A stretch of DNA of 64,000 nt. Origin: Candidatus Latescibacterota bacterium. Its GTDB lineage: Bacteria; Latescibacterota; UBA2968; UBA8231. The notes below the pieces were generated by a model. That model searched no databases and was not told where the DNA came from. It saw nothing but the letters and a program-made list of their open reading frames with translations. Below, in pieces: positions 9,760 through 18,802 of the stretch (position 1 is its first letter; each line of letters begins with the position of its first letter). The translations under genes were made by a program, and so were the position numbers. The stretch lies in NCBI GenBank assembly GCA_965203175.1, contig OZ241867.1, forward strand, positions 4,960,001-5,024,000, written 5' to 3'.

Positions 9760-11823
9760 TCACAGGTTTTCCTCGATTTTCGCCACAACCTCATCAACGT
9801 CAAATACTCTCAAACGATCCTCCACAATCAGCCCTTGGGAATCCACCAGATAATACCGAGGAATGCCGCTCACATTATAGGCTTGCGCGACTTGCTCCGA
9901 GCGCACATGGACGCCTTTGATCTCGTGTTTGGCAATGGCCTGTTTCCAGGCTGCTTCATTCGCGTCTAACGAGATATTGAGGAAGACGACCGGCTGAGCG
10001 GCCACTTGCTCTTTGATCTTGCGGAGAGTCCCCAAATCGGCGATGCACGGTCCGCACCAACTCGCCCAGAAGTCCAGCAAGACCACTTTGCCTTTGAACT
10101 GGCTCAGCGATACAGATTGGCCATCGAGGTCATGGAGGGTGAAATCGGGCGCGGGTTGCCCCGGTTTCAGCATCGAGAGCTTGTTCAGTTCCGCTTGGAG
10201 AGCCTCGGTGTATTCGGGGAAGGGGTTGCTCTCTACAAAGGACCGCCAGCGGGCATCCACAAAGGCTTCGTTGTCGAAGCTAATTCCAAGCATCAAGTCT
10301 CTGGCCAGAGACCAATAGAGCACTCGCCCTTGCAGTCTTTGCTGGGCTAGGTCGTATCGTTCTGGAGTCCTGCGAAAAATTGGAAAACTCGGTCCGGCAA
10401 AGATGGAGTCGAGTTGGGCTTGGACGGCCTCCGATAGACCCAAGGCCGCTAAATCAATCCTCTCGGACAGTTTGGGCGGTGGACTGTTTTGGTACGCGAA
10501 GTACATGGAGTCGAGTTGGGCTTGGACGGCCTCCGATAACTCCAAATCCGACAAGTCAATCCATGCCGACAGCGGGCGATTATTTACGTATTCGTACCAC
10601 TCTCTATTTTTTGCCAGTGGCAAATGGAAGGTCAACTTCCCGTCCGTCGTATCGATCCTCGTGGTATCTTCCATGCCGAAGGTCATGTGATGATCCTCAT
10701 AAGAGTCGAGTTCGGCTAAGGCGGCTGGCGATAACTCCAAACCCAACCAAGCGGCCTTTTCGGACGCACTGATCTCTTTGTGGTTTTCGTACATGGAGTC
10801 GAGGCGGGCGTAGGCACTCTCCGCTAATCCCAGCCCCGCCAGATCAATCATCTGCGATAGTTTAGGGTGGGCGTGGGGTTGGATGTCCGCGTTGTACATG
10901 GAGTCGAGGCGGACGTGGACAGCGGGCGACAAACCCAACCCCGACAGCTTGTACCTATCGGCAAGCCTAGATGGCCTGTCCTCCTCCGCGTTATCCACCT
11001 CCAAGTCTAGCGCGTTCACCACAAACCAGCGATACTCCTGCACGCCAATAGCCTTTTCATTTATCAAGGGGATTTCTTGCAGGAAATCGTAGTAGTCCGG
11101 AGGAACTTCTCTTCTCTCGGAGGGTTTGACGTGGAATCGGCGCATCCAATGGCCGTCTCTAAACGCAAACATCGGATAGGAAATCATCAGATCGGCCCAC
11201 TTGTAGTTGAAAAAGGCCGTCATATAGTCGATGAATCCCGGAGAAAGCGCGTATTGCTCGCGCCCCTCGGCTAGCAAGGCAAATTCATCCTGCCGCCGCT
11301 GTTTGACTTGGCGCGTAAACGCCTCGGGCTCCAGCCCATTGTCTGGGTCGAAGGCATTGTGTTGCGGCCAGAACTCCGCTAAAAAGCGATTGTTATCCGC
11401 TCCCCGGCCGCTAAAAGCCAGGGTATAGGCGGGCGGGGCCTCCTCTTCGGCCGTGTCCAAACTGTCAGATTCCACTGCCGCCGCAGAATCGGTCTCCGTC
11501 ACCTCGGCGAAGGCTACGACCGCGTGTAGGCTGTCGCCGGGTTCGACAAAGAAGGGGATGCGGAAGTATCGCTCACCTCTGTAATACCCGGTGACGAAAG
11601 TTCCTTTGGCAATGTTCAAGTGCAGGGCAAAGCGGTTTTGCTCGTCCAAGACGATGTGGTGTTCGGACGGTCCGGGAGCGAGTAGGGGTTCGTGGTGGAA
11701 CGCGACATCCCGCGACGGAGGGTTGTGGACTTCGCCGGTGACGATTGCGGCGCGTGATGATTGGGCTAGCCCTACACTCGCTGTACTGAGCAGGGCGACG
11801 AGGATGCGAAGGTATCGATTCAT
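9760..11823 (-). CDS. Secreted TlpA-family thiol:disulfide oxidoreductase with internal helical repeats
   Basis: Signal peptide MNRYLRILVALL; C-terminal APDFTL..GKVVLLDFWASWCGPC..GIP. Confidence 0.85.
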   Translation of the reverse strand: MNRYLRILVALLSTASVGLAQSSRAAIVTGEVHNPPSRDVAFHHEPLLAPGPSEHHIVLDEQNRFALHLNIAKGTFVTGYYRGERYFRIPFFVEPGDSLHAVVAFAEVTETDSAAAVESDSLDTAEEEAPPAYTLAFSGRGADNNRFLAEFWPQHNAFDPDNGLEPEAFTRQVKQRRQDEFALLAEGREQYALSPGFIDYMTAFFNYKWADLMISYPMFAFRDGHWMRRFHVKPSERREVPPDYYDFLQEIPLINEKAIGVQEYRWFVVNALDLEVDNAEEDRPSRLADRYKLSGLGLSPAVHVRLDSMYNADIQPHAHPKLSQMIDLAGLGLAESAYARLDSMYENHKEISASEKAAWLGLELSPAALAELDSYEDHHMTFGMEDTTRIDTTDGKLTFHLPLAKNREWYEYVNNRPLSAWIDLSDLELSEAVQAQLDSMYFAYQNSPPPKLSERIDLAALGLSEAVQAQLDSIFAGPSFPIFRRTPERYDLAQQRLQGRVLYWSLARDLMLGISFDNEAFVDARWRSFVESNPFPEYTEALQAELNKLSMLKPGQPAPDFTLHDLDGQSVSLSQFKGKVVLLDFWASWCGPCIADLGTLRKIKEQVAAQPVVFLNISLDANEAAWKQAIAKHEIKGVHVRSEQVAQAYNVSGIPRYYLVDSQGLIVEDRLRVFDVDEVVAKIEENL

Positions 11824-11864
11824 TGGTCTTTTCCTTTCTAATGGTCTGTGAAAGACCTCCTCCC

Positions 11865-13961
11865 TCATGGGAGTCTGGTCGTCTTCTTGGCTTCTATCTG
11901 TCCGTCCACTTCGACCTTGTAGATATACACCCCGGCGGCTACCCCCTTGCCCACCTCGTCGCGGCCATCCCAAGTAAAACGATGCGCACCCGCTCCGAGT
12001 GCCCCTTGCCACAACTGCCGCACCCGCCGTCCCAACACATCGTACACGGTCAACGACACCCCCGCCGCGTCCATCGCCAAATCAAGGGGGATCACTACAG
12101 CCGGATTGAACGGATTGGGATAGCTGTCGCCGAGCTGATATTCCGCCGGTCGAACTATCGTCGGCGTCTGCACTGCTGTCGGCTGCCCGCCCAGCGAACT
12201 TTTGAGCACATGCACCCCACCCAACAGCGGATCTAACACGACCAAGTCGAGATCGCCGTCGCTATCGACATCCCCGGAGAGCACTTCTACCCCATGGCCC
12301 TCTAGGCGATGCCTTTCCACGGCTCGCGTTGGATTCACGCCTCCGCCCCATTCGACAAATACCCCAAAGCCCGAGGCGCGGTCCCCACCGACAAACACCC
12401 AATCCTCTACCCCGTCGGCGTCCAAGTCGCGCACCATCACCGGCGAGCGCAGAAATAGCCGCTCGTCGTATAGTACTTCCTCTTCTACTACGCCCCCGGC
12501 TCCTCCTAGCTGTACGACCAAGCCCTTGAGGCCTTCGTATTGGACGCGGACGAGCGGCGTGAGCATATCTACTTGCCCATCGCCATCGAAATCGCCTACT
12601 CCTAACACCTCCTTCTCCGCATCGAATTCAAATATCTCACCTCTTTGAAGCTCGTCGCCCAAGGCCCCCACGATCCGCGTGTTCGCCTGCCCGTGGATCG
12701 GTAGCCACAGCACTTCCAGCATTCCATCACCCGTAAAGTCGCCGATCTGAGCGACCACATGGTTTTCAGCGGTAGCCACCTCGGAAGCGGTCCACATCCC
12801 GTTCTCTATATCCCAGACATCTAACGTGCTTCCTTCTAACGTAGCATGCCCTACAAACAACTCGACATCGCCATCGCCATCCCAATCCGCCATATCCCTC
12901 AACCAACGATCATCTATCTCGGTGAGCACTTCCAGTTGGAGGTCCGACTCAATGGACCAAACCTCGATCACGGCAATGATACGCCTATTCCCATGTTCAT
13001 CCTGCGTCACCTTGGCGAGTCGATACATCACTATTTCGTCCTTGCCATCGCCGGTCAAATCGCCGGCAAGCATCTCTATCGTCCCAGGATGGCCGACCTC
13101 CTCTGTGAGCACGGCCTCAAAGGTACCCTCGCCGTTATTGAGGGCCATGGTCCAGCCGCTTTCTTCTGTAACACTATCCCAAACACTATCCCAAGAGGCA
13201 AAAAGGTCTGCGTCGCCATCGCCATCCAAGTCCGTCAAGATGCCGGCCCTCTCTCCATAAGCTCCTACTCCCGGCGTAATCGGATAGAAAACCGGCGGGG
13301 CAAAAAATCCAGTCCCATCAAAGCGAAAGTACTCTACGTGCGGCGGGGGGAGTTCACCCTGTAGGAATTCTTCAACGCCGCTCAACTCAATCCAGTCAAT
13401 CTCAATCTCCCCAACCACATCGTCCTCGTTCCGATCTAGGATAAAATTCAGCCGAATATCCCTTAATAGACCCTCCCACATGACCTCGTCTTGGCCGATA
13501 AATGAAAACTCTATTTCCTGCCACTCAGTGGTGTAAACGAAATCTGTTTGTCCTGAAAGCTCAAATCGACTTTTGAACCGATTATCTGGGTCCTCACCCG
13601 GAGATATAAGGTTGTGCTCATTGGTCCAGGTGAGCCAAAAGGAACCGACCGTAGAGCTGTGATGTACGGTGCGGAATCGGATCCAGATCTGGTCGAACAG
13701 ATGCGAATCGTGCCCTATGGTGGGAGAAATCAATTTGACATTCGGCTTAGACCAATGCCCGGTGACTGAGGACGAGACATCGATCTTCCACACGCCGTCT
13801 GCGACTATACCGGGAAAAACGTCAAATTCACGCGGCCCACCCAATGTAAGAGTTTCTTTAGCGACCCATCCTTGCGTCATCCCATCGTCGAACTCCCAAA
13901 CGATCGCCTCGGCGAGGCTAGGCCACAGCGCAATCCACACAACAACGGCCAGCTTCAGCAT
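11865..13961 (-). CDS. Secreted CBM-like + FG-GAP/VCBS repeat + FlgD-Ig protein, paralog 2
   Basis: Same architecture as 7572-9692; GGAGG RBS. Confidence 0.85.
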   Translation of the reverse strand: MLKLAVVVWIALWPSLAEAIVWEFDDGMTQGWVAKETLTLGGPREFDVFPGIVADGVWKIDVSSSVTGHWSKPNVKLISPTIGHDSHLFDQIWIRFRTVHHSSTVGSFWLTWTNEHNLISPGEDPDNRFKSRFELSGQTDFVYTTEWQEIEFSFIGQDEVMWEGLLRDIRLNFILDRNEDDVVGEIEIDWIELSGVEEFLQGELPPPHVEYFRFDGTGFFAPPVFYPITPGVGAYGERAGILTDLDGDGDADLFASWDSVWDSVTEESGWTMALNNGEGTFEAVLTEEVGHPGTIEMLAGDLTGDGKDEIVMYRLAKVTQDEHGNRRIIAVIEVWSIESDLQLEVLTEIDDRWLRDMADWDGDGDVELFVGHATLEGSTLDVWDIENGMWTASEVATAENHVVAQIGDFTGDGMLEVLWLPIHGQANTRIVGALGDELQRGEIFEFDAEKEVLGVGDFDGDGQVDMLTPLVRVQYEGLKGLVVQLGGAGGVVEEEVLYDERLFLRSPVMVRDLDADGVEDWVFVGGDRASGFGVFVEWGGGVNPTRAVERHRLEGHGVEVLSGDVDSDGDLDLVVLDPLLGGVHVLKSSLGGQPTAVQTPTIVRPAEYQLGDSYPNPFNPAVVIPLDLAMDAAGVSLTVYDVLGRRVRQLWQGALGAGAHRFTWDGRDEVGKGVAAGVYIYKVEVDGQIEAKKTTRLP

Positions 13962-13999
13962 GACAGCACCTCCATACCGAACTCCGCAGGACGACTTCC

Positions 14000-14036
14000 T
14001 CACAGATTCTCCTCGATTTTGGCCACAACCTCATCA
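14000..14036 (-). pseudogene. Remnant 3' end of a second TlpA gene copy
   Basis: Encodes DEVVAKIEENL*, identical to the C-terminus of 9760-11823; DNA matches 9760-9796. Confidence 0.7.
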
Positions 14037-14088
14037 TCCCGTTGGGGTTTGGGAAGGACCGTGCGGTGCACGGTTTGAGAAGACATAT

Positions 14089-14103
14089 GCACATTCCGTG
14101 CCA
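14089..14103 (-). promoter_or_regulatory. Sigma-54 -24/-12 promoter
   Basis: TGGCACGGAATGTGC matches TGGCACG-N4-TTGC except at one base; downstream of a sigma-54 activator gene. Confidence 0.8.
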
Positions 14104-14118
14104 GATACTACGCCTCGA

Positions 14119-14152
14119 ACAAAAAAACCCTTTAGGATCAACCTAAAGGGTT
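14119..14152 (-). terminator. Intrinsic terminator after activator gene 1
   Basis: AACCCTTTAGG-N5-CCTAAAGGGTT stem followed by T-run on the minus strand. Confidence 0.6.
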
Positions 14153-14226
14153 ATAAAAAAGACACTTAAAATAATGTTGGGAGAGCTTTCCCGGTGCGCA
14201 GCCTCAGCCGTCAGCCCAAAACTTCC

Positions 14227-14303
14227 CACGACTTTCCGTGGACCGCGCACGACTTTTCGTGTTTTTCCACGACTTTTCGTGTTGACCGCCTACGACTTCT
14301 CCG
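14227..14303. promoter_or_regulatory. Tandem palindromic putative enhancer (UAS) sites
   Basis: CACGA-N4-TCGTG-like boxes at 14227, 14248, 14268 and a degenerate one at 14291; 20-23 bp spacing. Confidence 0.6.
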
Positions 14304-14335
14304 GTCAGTTCTTAAGACTCAGAGTATCCTGCGGA

Positions 14336-17300
14336 TTACTTCTTCGGGCGACGCAACCCATACTTCCGCAGGCGATAGCGCAGCTTCTCCGGATTCATGC
14401 CCAACAAACGCGCCGCACCCCGCTCCCCATAGATCATCCAGTTAGTCGCTTGCAGCGCCTCCACAAGCTGCTGCTTCTCGTCCAAGCCTTCGCTAGCCGC
14501 TGGCGCGGGTGGCACTGCATCTCCAGACCGCCGACCAACCGACGGCAGCAGTAAATCACCAACGCGGATCACCCCGTCCTCGCATAGCAAGACCGCCCTG
14601 TTGATCAAGTGCTCCAACTCGCGCACATTCCCCGGCCAAGCATACCCCTGCAAGTGCCCGATCACTCCCTCGTCTAGCGTTGGCGCTGGACGCCGCAGAT
14701 GCTGGGCATACCGCTCGGCAAAATGTGCCGCCAAAGCCGGGATATCCTCTTGCCGCTGCCGCAACGGCGGAAGCTCTAGCGTAAAAACGCTCAGGCGGTA
14801 GAACAGGTCTTCGCGGAACGTGCCTTCCTGGATCGCCTGTCGCAAGTCGCGGTTCGTCGCCGCAATGACCCGCACGTCCACGCGCACAGGCTGCTCGCCA
14901 CCGACGCGGGTCAGGGCATTCTCCTCCAAGATGTGCAGCAGCACCCGCTGAGACTCCAACGGCAAATCGCCGATCTCGTCCAGAAAGAGGGTGCCGCCAT
15001 TGGCCAGTTCAAAGCGGCCAAGCTGACGGCTCGCCGCCCCGGTAAAGGCCCCCTTCTCGTGGCCGAATAACTCGCTTTCGACCAATCCGGCTGGCAACGC
15101 CCCGCAATTGACTTGGATAAAGGGCCGCTTGCGGCGAGTGCTTGTCTCGTGGATGGTCTGCGCCAATAAGCCCTTGCCCGTGCCCGTCTCGCCCAGTACC
15201 AACACCGTCATTGCCGTCTCGGCGACGCGCACGGTCTGCTCCATCACTTGCCGCATAGCCCAACTCTGACTGTGCACCACGTGGTCGGTCGCGCGCAATA
15301 CGCTTTCAAGAGCGTGGATGCGTTCGGTTTTGGCGTCGGGGAGAATTTGAATCTCTAGGCTGGCGACCTCCGACAGCAAACCATCGCGGTCCATCGTCCT
15401 CACCTCAAAGTGGTACTCGCCCACCGACAGGGTACTATACGCGACCGCATCGGCAGCCGTAAACGCGCTCCATTGTTCCGTCGGATCGTGGCCTACCAAG
15501 CGATGACTATAGCGCATTTGTCCAGCACCAGTGCGAAAACTGATGCCCTGGAAGTGAATGCGGATCTCAGGCGTGCTCTCTGGGCAGGATACGGCTTCGG
15601 GCGCGGCCAAGGGCGTACCGGCCATCACCTCGCGGATGACCAAACACGGCGGCGTGTGTCCCGGCTCGTAGGCGACTAGCCCTGCCCGCGTGCCAAACCA
15701 CAGCCGGCCGCGACGGTCGCACAGGACGGCTTCGACCATGTTTTCAAGGGCAGATGGCCCCAAGCGGATGCTTTGGAAGGTCTGGCCGTCGTAGCGGAGG
15801 ACGCCGCCGCCGCTGGTGCCCATCCAGATATGGCCTTGCGAATCGGCTGTCAGCGCCAAGATGCCATTGGCCGACAACCCGAACTGTTCGGCGGTAAAGT
15901 GGCGGATCTGCCGAGACGAGAGATCAAGGGTGAAAAGCCCCTTAGCCGTGCCTATCCACAGGGTGTTTTGGTGCTCCCACAAGACGTTGACATAGGCGAT
16001 GGACTCCGCTACGGCTATATCTGCCGGGCGCAAGTGCCCATCCTCGTAGCAGTAGAGTGATGGTATTAGTCCAACTGAACCGATCCATAGTACACCGTCT
16101 CGGTCTCGCAGCAGCACTCCGGCACAGAATACCCCGTCTTTGTCTTGTATCACGGCACTGCATTCACCAAGATAGATAAAGCGATTTTTCTCAATCCAAC
16201 CGAAGCGGCCCTCGGACGTGCCGACCCAGATACGCCCTTGCCCATCTTCACATAGCCCAGCGATTTCTTCGGGATGGGTCTCTTCGGCCACCGGGATCGC
16301 TTGTGGCGTTTGGCCCTCCCACTTGTACACCTTGCCCGCCCCCCCACCACTCCAGACCTGACCTTGGCCATCTACCACCATCGCTTCGACAATTTCCCCT
16401 GTCTCGACCAGGTGAACTTGGCCTTCTTCCATGCAGGCCATGCCCGCCATCGTGCCAATCCACATCCGACCCTCATGGTCCTCTCCTAAGTGGCGAATCT
16501 CGCGGTCTGGTAGGCCATCGGCTTCCGTGTAGCACCGGATGCTGATTGGATCGCAAAAAATCAATCCGCCGCCCCAAAGCCCGATCCAGATATTGCCCTC
16601 GCGGTCCTCGTACGTCAGCCGCGTAGCCGAAAAGTCAATATCCGGCAAGGAAGCAGAAAAGGGATGCCACGCCTGCCCGTCGTGTACCACCACGCCCCGG
16701 TGAGTCAGCCAGAGCCAGCCCCTCTCGTCAGCCCGCACGTGCCGCGTCCCGTGATTCACCACCCCCTCGTCGCCCTTGCCCACGTTAATGCACGCAATCT
16801 GTTGGTCCCGTGGATCGTAGCGGCCGATTAAGACTTCGGTACCCGTGTAATGGAAACTAATCCACAGGTGGCCGGAGGGATCTTGGGCGAATTTCCAGGG
16901 CCATTGGCTCACCCGGTCACCGAAACCCATGCGCCGCCCAGCCAAGCTGATGACGCCTCCCCACGCTGCCAGCCAAGTAGTGCCGCTCGCGTCGGTAGCC
17001 ATGTCGTACACGCGCCCCAATGGTTGGCCGTCAATATGGGTTATGCACTTTATACAGCGGCCCTCGGCAAACCACGCCACGCCCGCGCTAGTCAGCACCA
17101 AAATCGATCCATCCGGCTGAGCTTGCAGGCCCACAATCTCATTGGAAGGCAAACCGTGCTCAGTGGTGTACACCTGAAAGCCGCGCCCGTCATACGCGGC
17201 AAGTCCCCCGCCGAACGTGCCGAACAAAAGCCGCCCATCCGCATCCTCGGCAATGGCCATGACCGTCAGATTGGGCAAACCGTCCTTGAGGCCAAACGTA

Positions 17301-17461
17301 TCAAACCGGGCGCTGTCGAACCGGCTGACGCCGCCATCGGCCGTGGCAATCCAGAGAAAGCCCTGGCGGTCTTGGTAGATGTCTTCCACGTGCATCCCGG
17401 CTAGCCCATCAAAGACGGTGTATTGGCTGCTCAACACGTGCTCAAAGGATATGTCGCTCAT
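14336..17461 (-). CDS. Sigma-54-dependent activator: Reg_prop beta-propellers + Y_Y_Y + AAA+ + Fis-type HTH, paralog 1
   Basis: Repeated DxxGxLWxGT blades, GEYHFEVRT, GETGTGK, ESELFGHEKGAFTGA, LFLDEIG, WPGNVREL, C-terminal HTH. Confidence 0.92.
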   Translation of the reverse strand: MSDISFEHVLSSQYTVFDGLAGMHVEDIYQDRQGFLWIATADGGVSRFDSARFDTFGLKDGLPNLTVMAIAEDADGRLLFGTFGGGLAAYDGRGFQVYTTEHGLPSNEIVGLQAQPDGSILVLTSAGVAWFAEGRCIKCITHIDGQPLGRVYDMATDASGTTWLAAWGGVISLAGRRMGFGDRVSQWPWKFAQDPSGHLWISFHYTGTEVLIGRYDPRDQQIACINVGKGDEGVVNHGTRHVRADERGWLWLTHRGVVVHDGQAWHPFSASLPDIDFSATRLTYEDREGNIWIGLWGGGLIFCDPISIRCYTEADGLPDREIRHLGEDHEGRMWIGTMAGMACMEEGQVHLVETGEIVEAMVVDGQGQVWSGGGAGKVYKWEGQTPQAIPVAEETHPEEIAGLCEDGQGRIWVGTSEGRFGWIEKNRFIYLGECSAVIQDKDGVFCAGVLLRDRDGVLWIGSVGLIPSLYCYEDGHLRPADIAVAESIAYVNVLWEHQNTLWIGTAKGLFTLDLSSRQIRHFTAEQFGLSANGILALTADSQGHIWMGTSGGGVLRYDGQTFQSIRLGPSALENMVEAVLCDRRGRLWFGTRAGLVAYEPGHTPPCLVIREVMAGTPLAAPEAVSCPESTPEIRIHFQGISFRTGAGQMRYSHRLVGHDPTEQWSAFTAADAVAYSTLSVGEYHFEVRTMDRDGLLSEVASLEIQILPDAKTERIHALESVLRATDHVVHSQSWAMRQVMEQTVRVAETAMTVLVLGETGTGKGLLAQTIHETSTRRKRPFIQVNCGALPAGLVESELFGHEKGAFTGAASRQLGRFELANGGTLFLDEIGDLPLESQRVLLHILEENALTRVGGEQPVRVDVRVIAATNRDLRQAIQEGTFREDLFYRLSVFTLELPPLRQRQEDIPALAAHFAERYAQHLRRPAPTLDEGVIGHLQGYAWPGNVRELEHLINRAVLLCEDGVIRVGDLLLPSVGRRSGDAVPPAPAASEGLDEKQQLVEALQATNWMIYGERGAARLLGMNPEKLRYRLRKYGLRRPKK

Positions 17462-17528
17462 AATCGTCCTTCCGGCGATAGGGAGGTCCCAGTCTTTAAT
17501 ACAGGACCCACCCCTGAGGTACGACTGC

Positions 17529-17580
17529 CGACATCCTAAATCTGATTCTAGGCTAGGATTGCCTCAAGTTGAATTTCACC
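17529..17580. repeat. Conserved upstream block shared by both activator genes
   Basis: Near-identical to 27319-27370 (..GCCTCAAGTTGAATTTCACC). Confidence 0.75.
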
Positions 17581-17737
17581 AGCAGCGCACGAGAGGACGG
17601 AAGGATGCGCAGCTTCAGCCGTCAGCGCAAGGATTCCCACGACTGTGCTGTGTTGGCCGCCTACGACTTTTTCGGGTAGGATTACTTTTGGATTCTGAGC
17701 TTGTGGACCGATAAGGAAGGATTAGTGCGGAAGGGCG

Positions 17738-17774
17738 CGTAGGGGGCGGTGCGGAGCACAATCCGCCCCCTACG
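17738..17774. repeat. GTAG-type REP-like hairpin / terminator
   Basis: CGTAGGGGGCGG-N13-CCGCCCCCTACG perfect 12-bp inverted repeat just downstream of 17787-18755. Confidence 0.55.
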
Positions 17775-17786
17775 GATGAGGCGAGA

Positions 17787-18755
17787 TTAATGAATACCCG
17801 TTGAAAGCAGCGATTTGATCCGTCCCCACGACTGGACTTCGACGCTTGTCGCGGTAGCGGAAGGGACGACAGGTTGCCAAATGGGATATTCTCCGCCCAA
17901 ACCATTGGTCAGATTGACCAAGTTGCTCCCGTCTATATCCACAACCCAAATCTCTCCATCGCCGGTGAAGGAATAAGAAGTGTCAGTGCTGCTGAGAATG
18001 GTGTATGAAGTGAAGGCTACCCTCGTGCCGTTGGGTGCCCAAGTGAGGGGAAAACTAGTAAGGATCCAAGAATCGCCGTAATCCCGAAAAAAGAGATCGA
18101 CAGGTTGACTAGACAGGAGAAGGGCCGGGACCCTGTCTTTACTGGTCCTTTTCCAGTCTTCGCTGTTCATAACGAGGAGAGCTTGTTCATATTCGTCACC
18201 ACGTAGCAAGACGGTGGAAGCTCGTTTGGTTCCGTCCGGAGAAAAATCACGGCTATCCCGGAAGCGGCGGAGTAGCAAAGCCGCCTCTGTCCATTCCATA
18301 ATTGAGGAGCCGCTGCCATCCAGTGCCACGGCGAACAGCTCAGAGCGGTCCCACACATGGTAGTAAATACTACTTCCGTCTTCAGACCAAAACAGGTCAT
18401 CTGCACTGTTAGGGCCTACTTTCTCAATATCGTCTGTTAGCTGCTTTCGATTGCCGCCGTCGGCATCTACTACCCAAATGTACCTACCGGAATAATCGTC
18501 TCCAGTGGCCATATAGGCGATCTTCGTGCCATCTGGGGACCAAATCGGACTAGCGCAATACTGTCCTTGGGTTAGGTTCACCGGGTCGCTCCCATCCGCA
18601 TTCACAATCCACACATCCCGGACCCATATATCTCGGGGATTCTCGTAGTTCTCGCGGTAGGAGAGAAATGCGATTTTGCCATCGGCTTGTCCCCATCCAG
18701 CGACGGCCAGCCCCAGCGTTGCCAAGCAGGCGAGCAGTAGGGATCGATAGCTCAT
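17787..18755 (-). CDS. Secreted TolB-like (PD40) beta-propeller protein, paralog 2
   Basis: Near-identical signal peptide MSYRSLLL..GWGQADGKIAF; PD40 blades; SWGRIK tail. Confidence 0.85.
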   Translation of the reverse strand: MSYRSLLLACLATLGLAVAGWGQADGKIAFLSYRENYENPRDIWVRDVWIVNADGSDPVNLTQGQYCASPIWSPDGTKIAYMATGDDYSGRYIWVVDADGGNRKQLTDDIEKVGPNSADDLFWSEDGSSIYYHVWDRSELFAVALDGSGSSIMEWTEAALLLRRFRDSRDFSPDGTKRASTVLLRGDEYEQALLVMNSEDWKRTSKDRVPALLLSSQPVDLFFRDYGDSWILTSFPLTWAPNGTRVAFTSYTILSSTDTSYSFTGDGEIWVVDIDGSNLVNLTNGLGGEYPIWQPVVPSATATSVEVQSWGRIKSLLSTGIH

Positions 18756-18802
18756 AACGTAGCTCCTTTCATAAGGTTATGAATAAGACGGTTAGATGTA
18801 TG

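Noticed and set aside
14000-14086. 28-aa ORF MSSQTVHR...EENL as a real leader peptide
   Set aside because: Its ATG lies between the -12 box and the expected sigma-54 start site and has no RBS; its tail is the TlpA remnant.
14227-14303. Short repeats as a CRISPR array (also 24079-24157 and 39299-39418)
   Set aside because: Units are 14-24 bp with no unique 25-45 bp spacers, and there are no cas genes; better explained as binding sites or coding repeats.
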